Of a stretch of 64,000 bases of DNA, positions 1-12,542 are shown in pieces. The translations under genes and the position numbers were made by a program. Each line of letters opens with the position of its first letter. Positions within the stretch are counted from its first letter, which is position 1. The DNA lies in assembly GCF_037042905.1 (NCBI RefSeq), contig NC_087245.1:40922001-40986000 (forward strand), written 5' to 3'. The notes under the pieces were generated by a model, which saw only the letters and a list, made by a program, of their open reading frames with translations, was not told the origin of the DNA and did no database searches. This DNA is from Lytechinus pictus. Taxonomy: Eukaryota.

Positions 1-1919
1 TCTGGACAAATTGAACTACAGTATGCATATGAAAAAACATATACACAAGTTTTTAAGGCCTTCCATTAAATCTTCATATTTAAATGACCTCATCATGGTA
101 AATTCTCTTGTAAGAAACTATCAAAGATATCATACAAGGTACATTTCAAAGTGTTGTCTAAAATCATCAGAAAATACAAGAGATATCAATGAATTTCATA
201 TTCTCTTCGAATTATTAAACTTGCTTTTGTTATACAACAGTGGTAACAGCAAGATCAGTCTCAATCGTGTAACACTAATATCTATAAAGTAGATCATGGT
301 ATCAAAATAATTCATCTTTCAGACCAATCGTCTATTTATACATATCATAAAATCAAAGTTAACGAAATAACTTAGTCTGTCTGAAAAAGTTGTGCTTGTT
401 TACCATGCCTGCCCTGGCATCAAGGGTGTGGCCCTCTGGCTTACTGCTGCTATCCCTTGCAGCTTCCTAGCAGCTCAACAAATTCTATGGAAATAGACCA
501 GTTCGTAGTTACTTCATGGACAATTTTGGTCAAATTACCTTTCATTTCTTTCATTGTGATAGGCAGATTTCAAAGCAAGATATTACGTTAGCATGCCTTA
601 CATAGCAGGATGAATAAATTGAATAGACCAGGTGACTAGAATTGCATACCAATGAACCCTTTATGAAGGCATTTGTTGCATTTCTGTTGCACGATGTACT
701 TGGCAAACTGTGAAATACCAGTCGTTCAAAGGACGCATTATTGTTTTTTGTGGATGTAAATGGAAAACACAATTCAAAAGAATATATGAATAATCAAGAC
801 ATCAAAGTTGGCGCTTATCTCATTAAATTTTAAACCACCATGTTCCTCTGATCATGCCCAGAATCTTTTGATCGTACACAGAAAGGAACTACGAACTGGC
901 TTATTGCGCCTCCAGCTGCATGCAAGTATTACCCTAGCTTGCCTGGGTCTCCCAACCTAGCAGCAATTCACTCTACCATGACCCAACAAAAGACTGTAGA
1001 AAAACCCTTCACTCCCATTCAAACATAGGAATTAAAATCACCTGCTTTACATGCCTATCACTTAATAAAGATTAAAGACGCAAAGTACTTTTGACAAATT
1101 TGATTTTCGAGTATCTGCTAACTTCTTTTTGGTTTAATCATCACTTGGGTTAATTGTTGTTTTGTATCATGATAATTTACATATAGTCTAATATCCCCTT
1201 TGGTCTACTTAGTTTCACCCGTTTGGTCTATTCCTGGCTAGTTTTTAGACGAAAACAGTATGAAATAAAATAGGCATGGTGATTAGACTAACCAGGCATA
1301 GACCAAAGCAAAGGGGTAATTAGACTATATGTAAATTATGATACAAAACAAATTTAAATTGGACCAAATATTTAAAAGTGGTAATTACTAATTAGCCAAG
1401 GCTGACGAGTTTGTAGGAATTACAACCTTAAATTGAACAGTTCGGAATAAAACCATGTTGCAATCCAGAATTTTGAAAACCCTGAATATCTTGTTAACTT
1501 GGAAGGTGAAAATACAATAAGGGTTTGGAAGTACAAAATATTTGTGAATCATTTGTATGGCTGAAGCCAAATCTCTGTATTCATCATTGCCATGACAGAT
1601 GCTTTTCAGAAGGAAAATACAGTATACATGTCAATTAAAAATCATACCAGACGTATGCAAAGTAATGTTGAGTCAGTGATTTTTTTCTCTCGTTATACCC
1701 CAGCTTCTGTACACTTTCAAAGACTAACAGATCTATATCAACAGCACTCCTTACATACAGTACTATTTAAAGCTTTTGCAGCAATAGAGGATTAATATAA
1801 ACATTTATTACAAGAAAATGTCAATTACACTATTGTAATTTATCATCAATTTATATTTCACAAGTTGAATGAATGAATGAATTAATTAATAATTAATATG
1901 CAACATGTATATAGCACTT

Positions 1920-2386
1920 ATTATACGACACCTAGATAGATCCTTGTCATTTGGTTGGTCGATATCGATCATTCAGCTCATTTTACAATGATGTCATCAA
2001 CCTTGTAATTTTAGACCCATTCATCGTGCAATTTTGGATCCATACGATTTTGTCCATTGCATGTGCGCACCCAGACTGCAGGCACCATTCGTGTTTGCAA
2101 CGTGAAGGTTGTATGTACACGATAGTCAACAGACCGAGCTTGCACTGAATGAGCCTATTTTGCCTCGAAATACACAAATTTCATATTAACAAAGAATCTA
2201 TTTTAGGTGTCATATAAACCAAATACTGAATGTTTATGAGTGTAATGGACAGAATACTTCATTCGGTGAAAGATGAAATGAATGATCCATTCAACTCCAC
2301 TACGCCTTGTTGAATGGATCATTTCATCTTTCACCTTATGAAGTATTCTGTCCATTGCACTCATTAACATTCATTATTTGTATAAT
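1920..2386. mobile_element. Non-autonomous element with a long 3' hairpin (possibly Crypton-like)
   Basis: Termini ATTATAC..GTATAAT; ~150-nt fold-back at 2226-2373; related copy at ~13625-14112. Confidence 0.45.
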
Positions 2387-2536
2387 ATGATGTTTCTAAA
2401 GTGCTAAATATTTTAACCCTGACTTTAACACGCATACCCAGATGAGGTGTTTGAGCACTCGAGGAATTTCTTTTGACTGGATGTGATACTACTCCTGGAT
2501 TGTCATTGCAATTATATGCATTAACTCACCCTGCAC

Positions 2537-3068
2537 CACTAGCGTACAGATGGGGGGGGGGGGGGGCTTGGAAGCAATGGCACCCCATCTCTAATTTTGA
2601 CGACCAAGAACAAAAATGAAAAAATAAAGAAAAAAAAATAGGTGGCATTATGATATCATTTTCAGAATATCATGTCAAAATCTATCACTAAATTATATTA
2701 AGGGATAGATTGGAGCGCCGTGGCCCAGTGGATTAGTCTCCAGACTTTGAAACAGAGGGTCGTGGGTTCAAATCCCAGCCGTGGCGTAATTTCCTTCAGC
2801 AAGGAATTCATCCACAGTGTGCTGCACTCGACCCAGGTGAGGTAAAAAGCTGTGTGCACTTGAATAGGTAGCCTAGCTTAGCTGGGTAATAATAATAGTA
2901 GGGCCCGCTGGGAGAACAGTTTTCAGAACTGAAGTGGCTACCCTGAGTAAATATACCGTTATTATTTTGTAATAAAAAATGTCAAATTTGTTGCTTGCAA
3001 CTGTTTATAAATTTTGTCCCATATGTCATGTTTGGCCCCATCAAAAAGTTTGGATCATTATGCGACTG
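2537..3068. mobile_element. hAT-type non-autonomous element carrying a nested SINE
   Basis: 8-bp direct repeat CCCTGCAC at 2529-2536 and 3069-3076; degenerate CAGTGGCGTA-like termini. Confidence 0.65.
2712..2966 (+). mobile_element. tRNA-derived SINE
   Basis: A box (tggcccagtgg) and B box (ggttcaaatcc), shared body, (TTA) tail; homologous to 45530-45785 and 24497-24766. Confidence 0.8.
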
Positions 3069-3659
3069 CCCTGCACTATGAAACTTGCTCAATTGGGATG
3101 AAGAAAGTTATGTAGCGCAGGATGAACACACTGCATGTTAAAGAAGTTGTCCAAATCAATCCAACTGAATAATAGTACTAACACCCCAAAGGGATGGCTT
3201 TCCACCATCTGCCGGAATGCACCTATTTCAGTTGTTCCCCATCCAAAGATCACACCTTCAGTTGATGCCGTTTCCAAATTGAACTCCTCAATGTCCGCAT
3301 TTCGTCCAATGGCAGCACTGCCCGATGCTGAAGGGATCCCCGTGTCCACACACCGCATAGCAATTGCATCATTTAACAGTACCACGATTCTTGATTGGCC
3401 TGGTGCACAGACCACTTGCAGCTGTGGCGGTTCCGGCACCCTCGGACCATAGCTTATGCCTCAACAGGTGCTTGCAGCGACCATCAGTCAATATCCACAG
3501 ATCTTGGCCGAAATGTTGCAACTCTCGTTTGCCTACTATGTGGGATACGACATCTGGTTTTCTCTCCTCGTTCCCATCTTGTTTGGCTCAAGACAATTTG
3601 ACCATCAAACTCGGACCGGCTGCAGTTCCAAGGCTTTCATAGCACAGTACTACCTTTCC

Positions 3660-3901
3660 TCACCCATTCTCCTCTTTATTGCGCTTAACATCTCTCCCAT
3701 CATTCTGATGCACAAGGTCGTACATGAAGCTGTAGAAGTATAGGAGGTTGTCATAGCAACCCACATCCTCCGGAAGGAATGTCTTCTGGTAGTCGACCAT
3801 GAAGTAGTAGATGGCTTCAATTGTAGCAAGGTAGGTGTCTGGTTTCCGCTGACTCCTCCAAAAGCAAGTTTTCCGGTCGTTTATGACAACGCATTGAAGG
3901 C
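3660..3901 (-). CDS. DTWD1: DTWD1 terminal coding exon
   Basis: GLQCVVINDRKTCFWRSQRKPDTYLATIEAIYYFMVDYQ..YDNLLYFYSFMYDLV..ENG*; TGA at 3660-3662. Confidence 0.94.
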
Positions 3902-4388
3902 CTGGGTAGGTACGATATAAAATTTTAAAAAATGCTCATTGATATGATTTTACAACAACTTTCAATACACCAAAAACTAGTTCCATGTGAGGCTAAAATT
4001 TGCCATGTTATGTAGAACATTCTTGTCTTGGGTTAAAAAAAACCCACTAGAAATACCACTGGAGGGGGTTAAAGTAGAGAGTCATAAAATCATGGGGAAA
4101 AAGGAAAGGAGATGAAATAGAATGCCTCATTTACTTACACATTATAATATGTCTGTCATTCAAATCTGACCGATGTGATTCAATTAGGACCACACGAATT
4201 TGACCAAAATCAGGATCATCATGTAGTTTTCACAATCCAAACTCATAGAGACTGTTAAAAAGTGTTAACAGTTCTCATGATTGTTAAACACAACTAACAT
4301 CCCAAAAACACATGACGCTGGCAACCATCTATTTATAGAGTATCTGACTCTCACATTTGGTTACCTAGAGTCAGGCAATTGATTTTAA

Positions 4389-4993
4389 ATGGGTACTCCA
4401 GGCTGAAAAGAGTATGATTTGAACAAATAAAGAAAAATCAGAAAAACAAAAAAACTGAAAATATGATCAAAATCGGACAACTAATAACAAAGTTATGACA
4501 TTTTAAAGATTTGCATTATTTCAGAGGAACAGTACTCTGCATGTCTTCATGAATATTCAAAGAGTGAACTGATGATGTCATATCCCCACTTGTTCTTCTG
4601 TATTTTATTACTTGATATTGTGATTATTCAAAATTTTTCTTCCAAGAACTAAATAAATTGGATTGACAACTGACTTAATGCATTAGATATTCATCATTGC
4701 AATTTATTTTATTATAAGGGAGGCATATCAGTCATCCACGTGCGAAAAAAATGAAATAATCATGATTTCATGTAACAATATAAGAAAAAGGGATGAGGGG
4801 TGTGACATCATCAGCACACCTAATGAATATTCATGACGATGTGGATATTACTGTTTTCACAAAATACTGCTAAATTTTAATCTTCAATAACTGTGTTATT
4901 TGGTATCAGATTTTAATGAAATTTTCAACATTTTGCTCTTTGAATTTTACTCCATTTATTTAGATATAATCATTTTCAGCCTGGAGTGCCCCT
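4389..4993. mobile_element. TTAA-flanked MITE (Kolobok-like), family A
   Basis: TTAA on both sides, long imperfect TIRs; homologous to 50211-50800 and, more degenerately, 23013-23552. Confidence 0.75.
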
Positions 4994-5302
4994 TTAATCG
5001 TGTTTAACATCAAACGGTTATCTGAGCCAAAATTTCCTTTTTCAATTTTAAAACAACCTTCAGATTCAAGCTTTAAAAGATTGTTGAAAAATCAAAAAGC
5101 ATTATTGAATTCTTTAAAAATATGTTTGAATTCTAAAGGAATCAACTGCTGATTACTTGAAAAACACTGTTGAATGCTTTAAAAGCCATAGGTAAAACTG
5201 ATTGAGACTAAAATCAAACTGATCAAAAAATTATTGTCAGCAATTACCTTTATCTGCTCATGTATCCTTGAACTTACATGTATTATTACGGCTATAGCTT
5301 AA

Positions 5303-5902
5303 AGGGGAATCCAACCCAAATAAAAATTTGTTTTTATAAGGAAAAGAAAAATCAGACAAGTTGAAAGGTGGAAGTTTGAACAATATTGGACAAACAACAA
5401 GAAAGTTATGAATTTTTAAAAGTTGTAAATATTGGTAATCACTATACCCATGGAGACTTCAAATTGGCCGCATATGGGATGTAATAGTAATGTAAGGCAA
5501 GGACTACTCTCCCATTGTACTCCAATGCATATTATGGCTAAAATGTCATTTTTCCCAAAAGTTTTATTTTAAATTATATTTTTCTTTCATGAGGACATAA
5601 AACAATATACTACCTGGGTTATATTTATATTACTGCCCCAGGGGAATGGGTACTTAGGAGAAAACCACAAATCCCTGATAATAAAGTACATGGCCTATGG
5701 GAAAGTTGTCCTTGCCCCTAGTCATAATTTACTTACCCAATTGCCAATTTGAAATCTACATAGTATTAGTGATCTCAATTTTAAAACAGCTATAATTTTC
5801 TTATTGCTTGTCTGTCCAATTTCTTTCAAACTTTCACCATTCTCTTTAATCTATTTTTCTCCTTCCCAACACAACATTGTATGGACAGGGCTGGATTCCC
5901 CT
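5303..5902. mobile_element. TTAA-flanked MITE (Kolobok-like), family B
   Basis: ttaa|AGGGGAATCC..GGATTCCCCT|ttaa; near-identical copy at 28317-28905. Confidence 0.85.
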
Positions 5903-6573
5903 TTAAACCATAATGATACAGTAAATCATAAGAATAATAACAGTTTCCGTATAGCACATATCAAAATAGGATTTAGTGTCTCCATGTGCCTCAAAATGAC
6001 TTGGATATTAGAGAGTTTTCGCTCAGCGACGTACAGATAATTCAAGAACAGAGAAAATCTGTCATGACAAAGAAGTCTTTGTCGAAAATTGGTGAATCAA
6101 AACAGTATCCTTTTCCTTCTTTACGTTTATTTTTGTTTCTTTAAATGTTATTCTCTCTTTCTTCCTTCCTTCCTTCGGCTTCTATCTTTCTTCAATTCTT
6201 TCTCTTTCTTCCTTTCTTTCTTTATTGCATACGCAGAGTGACGATTCAATCAAACTCTGCAGCCCACCAGCGCATGCAATCATTTTTATTCTCTACAGGT
6301 TTCCTTTTTTCGGGACCGATCTTCTTCATTCAAAATTGAAAACAAATTGACATTGAATTTCAAAATACAATATGCCTCTGAAAACTTGAATAAATATACA
6401 ATACAATAATTTAATTCCGAAAGGCCTACTACAGGCAGAGCTGCTCTTACGTAATATCACAGCTGTTGTTTATGGTCTAACCCTCGGGCTTGCGGAGAAA
6501 TGTTACATAAGAGGGATTATCGGGCGATTCGGGTTGATAGCGCTTGGGAATGAAACATCTTGGTTCCTCCAAT

Positions 6574-7049
6574 AGGTGGTTTCAGACCGCCTCGAAGTTC
6601 GTCAGTTCCAGGTATTCTCTGATCGGGAAATTTACCCCGATCAGAAAATACCAGGTATTTTGGTAATGTGAAAGCAAACTACGCGTAATTTCCCCGAAAG
6701 AAAATACCCACTAAATAGTAGGTACTTGGCGAAATTACGAGAACTTTCGCGGGGATTTTTCCAAGGTCGCAGGTATTCAGGCAATGTGAAAGCAATTTAC
6801 GGGAACTTTTAGCCCAGCGTGTCGTTGGGCGCGGGCGCCGTGGGTGGCTGCTGGGCTAGTGGTTTTGAATCTCGCGCCTTGCCTGCTTATTAGACCATAC
6901 TGCGCATGCTCCTAACTTCAGGAATTTATTCCGAATGGTATGTTTCGGGGTGGTGTGAATGCAGGAATGATTAATGGGTATTTTTTAGCCTAAAAATGTT
7001 ATCGTAATTTAACGGGGATTCTTGTGATCGAGGCGGTTTGAAACCGCCT
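6574..7049. mobile_element. MITE (PIF/Harbinger-like)
   Basis: ~22-bp TIR aggtggtttcagaccgcctcga / tcgaggcggtttgaaaccgcct; AAT on both flanks. Confidence 0.7.
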
Positions 7050-7264
7050 AATGAGGATTTTGTTATCGGGGTATAGGACAGCAGCAAAGCCTTGAGCTGG
7101 TGTGGTCACCTCTGCAACGAGGGTTTGATGTAATTAATTTTCTTCAAAGACCTCCCAGCTGTTCTTTGCCATTTGAAGGGTATTTTCAATACGTTTAATC
7201 TGTTCTTGAGACCTCCGTACATTGCTGAGCGAAAACTCTCTATGTCTGAACCACTGTACGTTAC

Positions 7265-7382
7265 CTGAGAGACGTTCATCCTTACAGATCTGGTAAGTCT
7301 GATCCCACGTACAGTCAATGAAGATTACCCTTTGGAAAGGACACCCCGATGCATTGCTCGTCTGACCATCTGAATCCTTGAT
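7265..7382 (-). CDS. DTWD1: DTWD1 coding exon 4 (DXTW motif, here DCTW)
   Basis: IKDSDGQTSNASGCPFQRVIFIDCTWDQTYQICKDERLS, translated by hand; 118 nt; AG/GT junctions. Confidence 0.92.
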
Positions 7383-7620
7383 CTGATAGATAAAGAGGCA
7401 AAAGTTTCTGTCTTACTCAAATTTCTTATGTTATGAGGTGGACATGAGTAAGTCCAAAACCACTAAATTAATTTCTGCTGCAATTTTCCAAAATCAATGC
7501 CTGATTTTTTTCAAATAATCACTGGAATAAGTACTATCCCACATTACGATAATATATAACCAAAAATATTGGTTAATCCAATGGAGTTCTCTGTATATTC
7601 AACTTCCCCCTGCTCCTTTG

Positions 7621-7745
7621 GTAGTGCACAGCACCGAGCTAAGGCAAAAGGAACCATTCAGTAAATCTTTAGTATGACCTCATGATGGGTTTGAACCAGC
7701 GACCTTCAGCATGTGGAGCAGATATTCTATCCACTTGGTCATCAG
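7621..7745 (-). mobile_element. Degenerate tRNA-derived SINE fragment
   Basis: The minus strand shows A-box-like tgaccaagtgg and B-box ggttcaaaccc. Confidence 0.45.
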
Positions 7746-9397
7746 AACATGATATCTCAATACTGTAAAAGTGGAAATTTTCGCGGCAAAATCGGCAAGC
7801 GCGAATTTATAAGCATCTTTTTGGCAGAGATTGCATAATTTGACCTATAGAGGGCGACATTTAAGCGAGCAAGCTTGAGCTCCAAAATCATATGCATGGC
7901 GAGAATTTGTTTCAAAGCAATGCGATCATTTTTTTAACAGTCGCAGATCGGTATTCAAATTATGATTTTGGTTGAAATATAAATTGCTTTTGCTGTTTGA
8001 TTGGTGAGAGTTTAGATCTGTTTAGTTTTTAAGATGTTGGGTCGATCGCCCAGCATTACGTCAAACCCCCATTTGGAGAAAGACCGCAGTTCAGATTGCA
8101 AACTGCGGTGTTATACCCCATTTTCCATTTGGATCTCCCAAAAATCATTTCCAAGCCCTTATCAACCGTGCTTGGCCAGGTAATCCAGGGGTAATCCCCG
8201 CTGTCTCAATTTCACCTCCACAGGCCAGTATATGAGCGTTGAGCAAAGGACGAAAAGATAAACTACAGCTGTGCTATTACGTAAGACTTCTCTGCCTGTA
8301 GTAGGACCTTCGGAATGAAATTATTGTATTCGATATTTAATCACATTTTCAAAGGCATATTGTATTCAGTAATCCAATGTTAGTCCATTTTCAATTTCGA
8401 ACGAAGAAAATCGACCTCGAAATAAGGAAAGTAAGCGAATAAAAATGACGGCATGCTTTGCAGGGACCGTGCTCAGCGCTGCGCATGCATCCCATCGTGT
8501 GTGGCCCCCTGCTGTGACTGTATATGCCGGGCTTTTGTGTTATCTTCGGACCAACGTCAAGAACCAGGTGTTTTGATACTTAAATTGCTTGCTTGGAGCA
8601 GTTAGGGTTTGTCATACTTGGAGAAGAGAATTGATGAGAAGGGAAACTGGGGTATAGTGTTCTCAAATGGAAGTTTTTTTGTCATGGGTTCGTTGATTTA
8701 TCCCATGCACATTGAATAGCTGTAATCCCCCCGGTCCTCATCCGGTGCTCGGCCGTCCATACCAGGCCAGCAGTGCCTCCGTTTTGCCTTCCCCGATGTC
8801 TGCCCGCAAAGAAAATTTGCGCTAAATGTCACAAAAGCTCATGATTGGATAAAAACAATGCTGAATTACGCCGCTTTAGAGCTAGAATTATGATCAGAAA
8901 ATACACTTTCGTCGCTGAAATGTTAATTAAAACTTTTCACAGATGGGGAAGAAGGAAGTGACTTTGTGACTATGGAGTGTGCAGCGCGAATTCAAGAAGC
9001 CGCGACTATGTTTTGAAGCCGCCACAAAAATAACAGCATTCACAGTAGTATTATTTCCTGGTGAGACTTGCTAAAATACCAACTAACATATTTGTCAACC
9101 TTCTCATAAAGTATCCCAACGGGCAAAACTGATGAAAAATAGAAAAAGAATGTTTGAGTTTAACATTTGAAGAATGATTGAACATTTTAAATATCACAAA
9201 AACTATTAAAATGTCTCAATGATTCCATAGATATCGTACTATCATGGTTGAAATGGTATGACAAATTAGAATTTATTACATATTCTAACTCTCCTAAATA
9301 GCTTCAACTCATTTCTCTCAAGCTGTTTCTGTTCACCAAAATCATCTTGAGACTACCAGAATTCATGAAAATGGTGACAAACAACTTTCCTACTTAC

Positions 9398-9496
9398 AAC
9401 TTCATTGTCCTTCTTGGTTGTATCGAATTCTTTGGCCTGTCTCTGTTTAAGTTCTTCTAAGGACACTGCGCCACTGCTGGGGTAGACAAGAACCAC
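9398..9496 (-). CDS. DTWD1: DTWD1 coding exon 3
   Basis: VVLVYPSSGAVSLEELKQRQAKEFDTTKKDNEV; cctgtag acceptor, gtaagt donor; 99 nt. Confidence 0.88.
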
Positions 9497-9631
9497 CTAC
9501 AGGAATGATTTCAAAATATACAGAAAATTAGACAGATATTTGTGCAAAAAAATAAATAGTGCACATATGACCCATTAAGATATGATAGGCTACAATCTTA
9601 AAACTATTTCTATTTAGTCTTTATTGTGATC

Positions 9632-9905
9632 AGGGCCCCGTTTTACAAAGAGTTATGATTGATCCAATCAATCTTAACCCTATGGAAATCCATCAGTGTC
9701 ATAATTTTTTCTACAGGAAATTTGCAAAATGTTCTTTGTAAACAGAGGAGAACACACCAAATTGTCAAGAAATCAATTAATATATGGATATACATTCATA
9801 TCTAGAGAAAAATTTGAACAAACATGCATTTTATATGTTGACTTTGCTGGATTTCCATAGTTGCGATTGATTGGATCAATCGCAACTCTTTGTAAAACGG
9901 GCCCC
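9632..9905. mobile_element. MITE with GGGCCC termini (Harbinger-like)
   Basis: Long TIRs gggccccgttttacaaagagtt..aactctttgtaaaacgggccc; homologue at 48333-48605; similar small elements at 39616-39788 and 56468-56598. Confidence 0.8.
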
Positions 9906-10292
9906 TGGTATGCAAGAATGTGCAGAAGCAGACTTTTGGTGAAGTTCAACATGTGATAAAAATGAAAGACATTAAAGTTTCAGCTATTAGCTGGAAATTT
10001 TGTATATTATACAATACCTTATCAAAGTTAAATTATTAATTTTTTTAGTTAGTATTGTTTTTTTTTTATTTATTTTTATTTAAAACGGTTTAATTCAACA
10101 AGGGTGTCTATAGCGGCCGAAAAGCCGAATTGCATTACCCTTTACAATCATTTACATAAAAAATACAATCAATATCAAACAAAGAACAACTGAATTTACA
10201 CAAATTCTACATCTTAAATACACTTATATCACGATATAAATTAAATTAGATAATAAATTGATACTGATAGTACATGCATTTGTTGTAAAATG

Positions 10293-10323
<31 letters not shown>

Positions 10324-10338
10324 TCGTACAGATTAATT

Positions 10339-11496
10339 AACAAGATGAATGCCTCTGGCCGTCTCACCTGCATCACGCGATTCAATATAGCAGCAGTGCT
10401 GATTTTGAAAACTACTATAACTCGCACAAGATGTTCAGTGATACTTGGTTACTCTTATTTCTACGTTTTATGAACTAGACCCATACACTTATAGAGATAT
10501 GATGGTAATTCAACAAATACCCCCAACGTGGCCAAAGTTCATTGACCTTACATGACCTTTGACCTTGATCATGTGACCTGAAACTCGTACAGGATGTTCA
10601 GTGATACTTGATTACTCTTATGTCCAAGTTTCAAGAGAAAGATCCATCAACTTTCCAAGTTATGATGGTAATTCAACAGATACCCCCATTAAGCCAAAGT
10701 TCATTGACCTTTGACCTTGGTCATGTGACCTAAAATGCGCAAAGGATGTTCAGTGATACTTGATTACTCTTATGTCCAAGTTTTATGAACTAGACCAACA
10801 CACTTTCAAAGTTATGGCGGTAATTCAACAAATACCCCAATTTGACCAAAGTTCATTGACCCTAAATGACCTTTGACCTTGATCATGTGACCTGAAACTT
10901 GCACAAGATGTTCAGTAATACTTGATTACTATTATGTCCAAGTTTCATGAATCAGATCCATAAACTTTTAAAGTTATGATGGTAAATCTACAGATACCCC
11001 CAATTCGGCCAAAGTTCATTGACCCTAAATGACCATTGACCTTGGTCATGTGACGTGAAACTCATGCAGGATGTTCAGTGATACTTGATTAACCTTATGT
11101 ATAAGTTTCATGAACTAGGTCCATATATTTTCTAAGTTATGATGACATTTCAAAAACTTAACCTTAGGTTAAGATTTTGATGTTGATTCCCCCAACATGG
11201 TCTAAGTTCATTGACCCTAAATGACCATTGACCTTGGTCATGTGACGTGAAACTCATGCAGGATGTTCAGTAATACTTGATTAACCTTATGGCCAAGTTT
11301 CATGAACTAGGTCCATATACATATTAAGTTATGCTGTCATTTCAAAAACTTAACCTCAGGTTAAGATTTGGTGTTGACGCCGCCGCCGCCGCCGCCGTCG
11401 CCGCCGCCGCCGCCGTCGCCGTCGCCGTCGCCGTCGCCGCCGCCGTCGGAAAAGCGGCGCCTATAGTCTCACTCTGCTATGCAGGTGAGACAAAAA
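10339..11496 (-). mobile_element. Helentron-associated (HINE/DINE-1-like) element with internal ~160-bp tandem repeats
   Basis: 13-bp subterminal inverted repeat gtctcacctgcat (10361) / atgcaggtgagac (11479); (GCC)n microsatellite; tandem units; A/T-run flanks; second copy at 34887-35681. Confidence 0.7.
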
Positions 11497-12085
11497 TTCA
11501 CATCTGAATGGCAAGACTCGTTTTTTTCTTTCCCGTGATAACCTGATTAAAAAAGTTATAATGAAATAATATGGTTCATCATCTTAAGTTGTTTACTCAA
11601 ATCAAAGGACAGAGCGAATTACAATAGGAATTAGAAAGAGAGGGAAATTGAGCGAAAATCAAAGAGAGAGAAATGAAGGGAAAAAGGGAGAGAGGAAGGA
11701 GAAAAGCAACGAGGTGAATTGAGATAGTAAAAAAAAGACAGATTGTCATAAAGAGAGATTGCGAGTGTACAACAGATGGATACGTTATTAATTGATTGCA
11801 CTTCCTATATAAAATTTGAGAATTTACAAAACAACGTAACTCCAGTCATGTAAATGAACCTAATGTACAGCTACAGAGGCCTGTGAAATGGATCCTGTAA
11901 CCAAGGGCAAGACAAAAGCACGTAAAACAGTCTTAACATATGAATTCTTAGCAATGCGTCATATAGAAAAGTTAAAAAGAGGCATAGAAAGTAGAGATAG
12001 ATAGATAGATAAAAGGCTAAGTAGAAGGGATAAAATGGAAGAGAAGGGTAAAGAAAGAAATGGAGCTAGGAAGAGAGAGAAAGGA

Positions 12086-12176
<91 letters not shown>

Positions 12177-12447
12177 GGAGCTTAAGAAGGAAAGAATGAA
12201 AGAGAGATAGAAAGAAAGAAAAAAAAAAGAAAGAGATGAGTAAATGGAGGAGAGAGAGAAACGAAAAAAAAAAAACAGAGTAGAAAAAAAAAAACATTAG
12301 TAATTATTAAAAGAATTAAGTTAATGAAAACTGGAAAAAGAGAGGGAAAGAAAAGAATGAAATAGGAAACCAAAAGAAAGAAAAAAAAACGAAGAACAGA
12401 CAGAAATGTAGACCGAATTAAGAGAGAAGATGGAAACTTTAAGTGGA

Positions 12448-12482
<35 letters not shown>

Positions 12483-12542
12483 GAGAGAATTAGAAAGACG
12501 CATGCACTGCAAGCTGATTCACTACATGTGGTTGAAAATATA

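Noticed and set aside
1..1900. Possible additional gene at the left edge
   Set aside because: AT-rich with only short ORFs and no recognisable exons; it could be UTR or intergenic.
7106..7318. ORF overlapping DTWD1 exon 4
   Set aside because: Wrong frame; the DCTW-encoding frame with proper splice sites is 7265-7382.
7845..7859. CTCF-like motif cctatagagggcgac
   Set aside because: A partial match of a short motif, not supportable from sequence alone.
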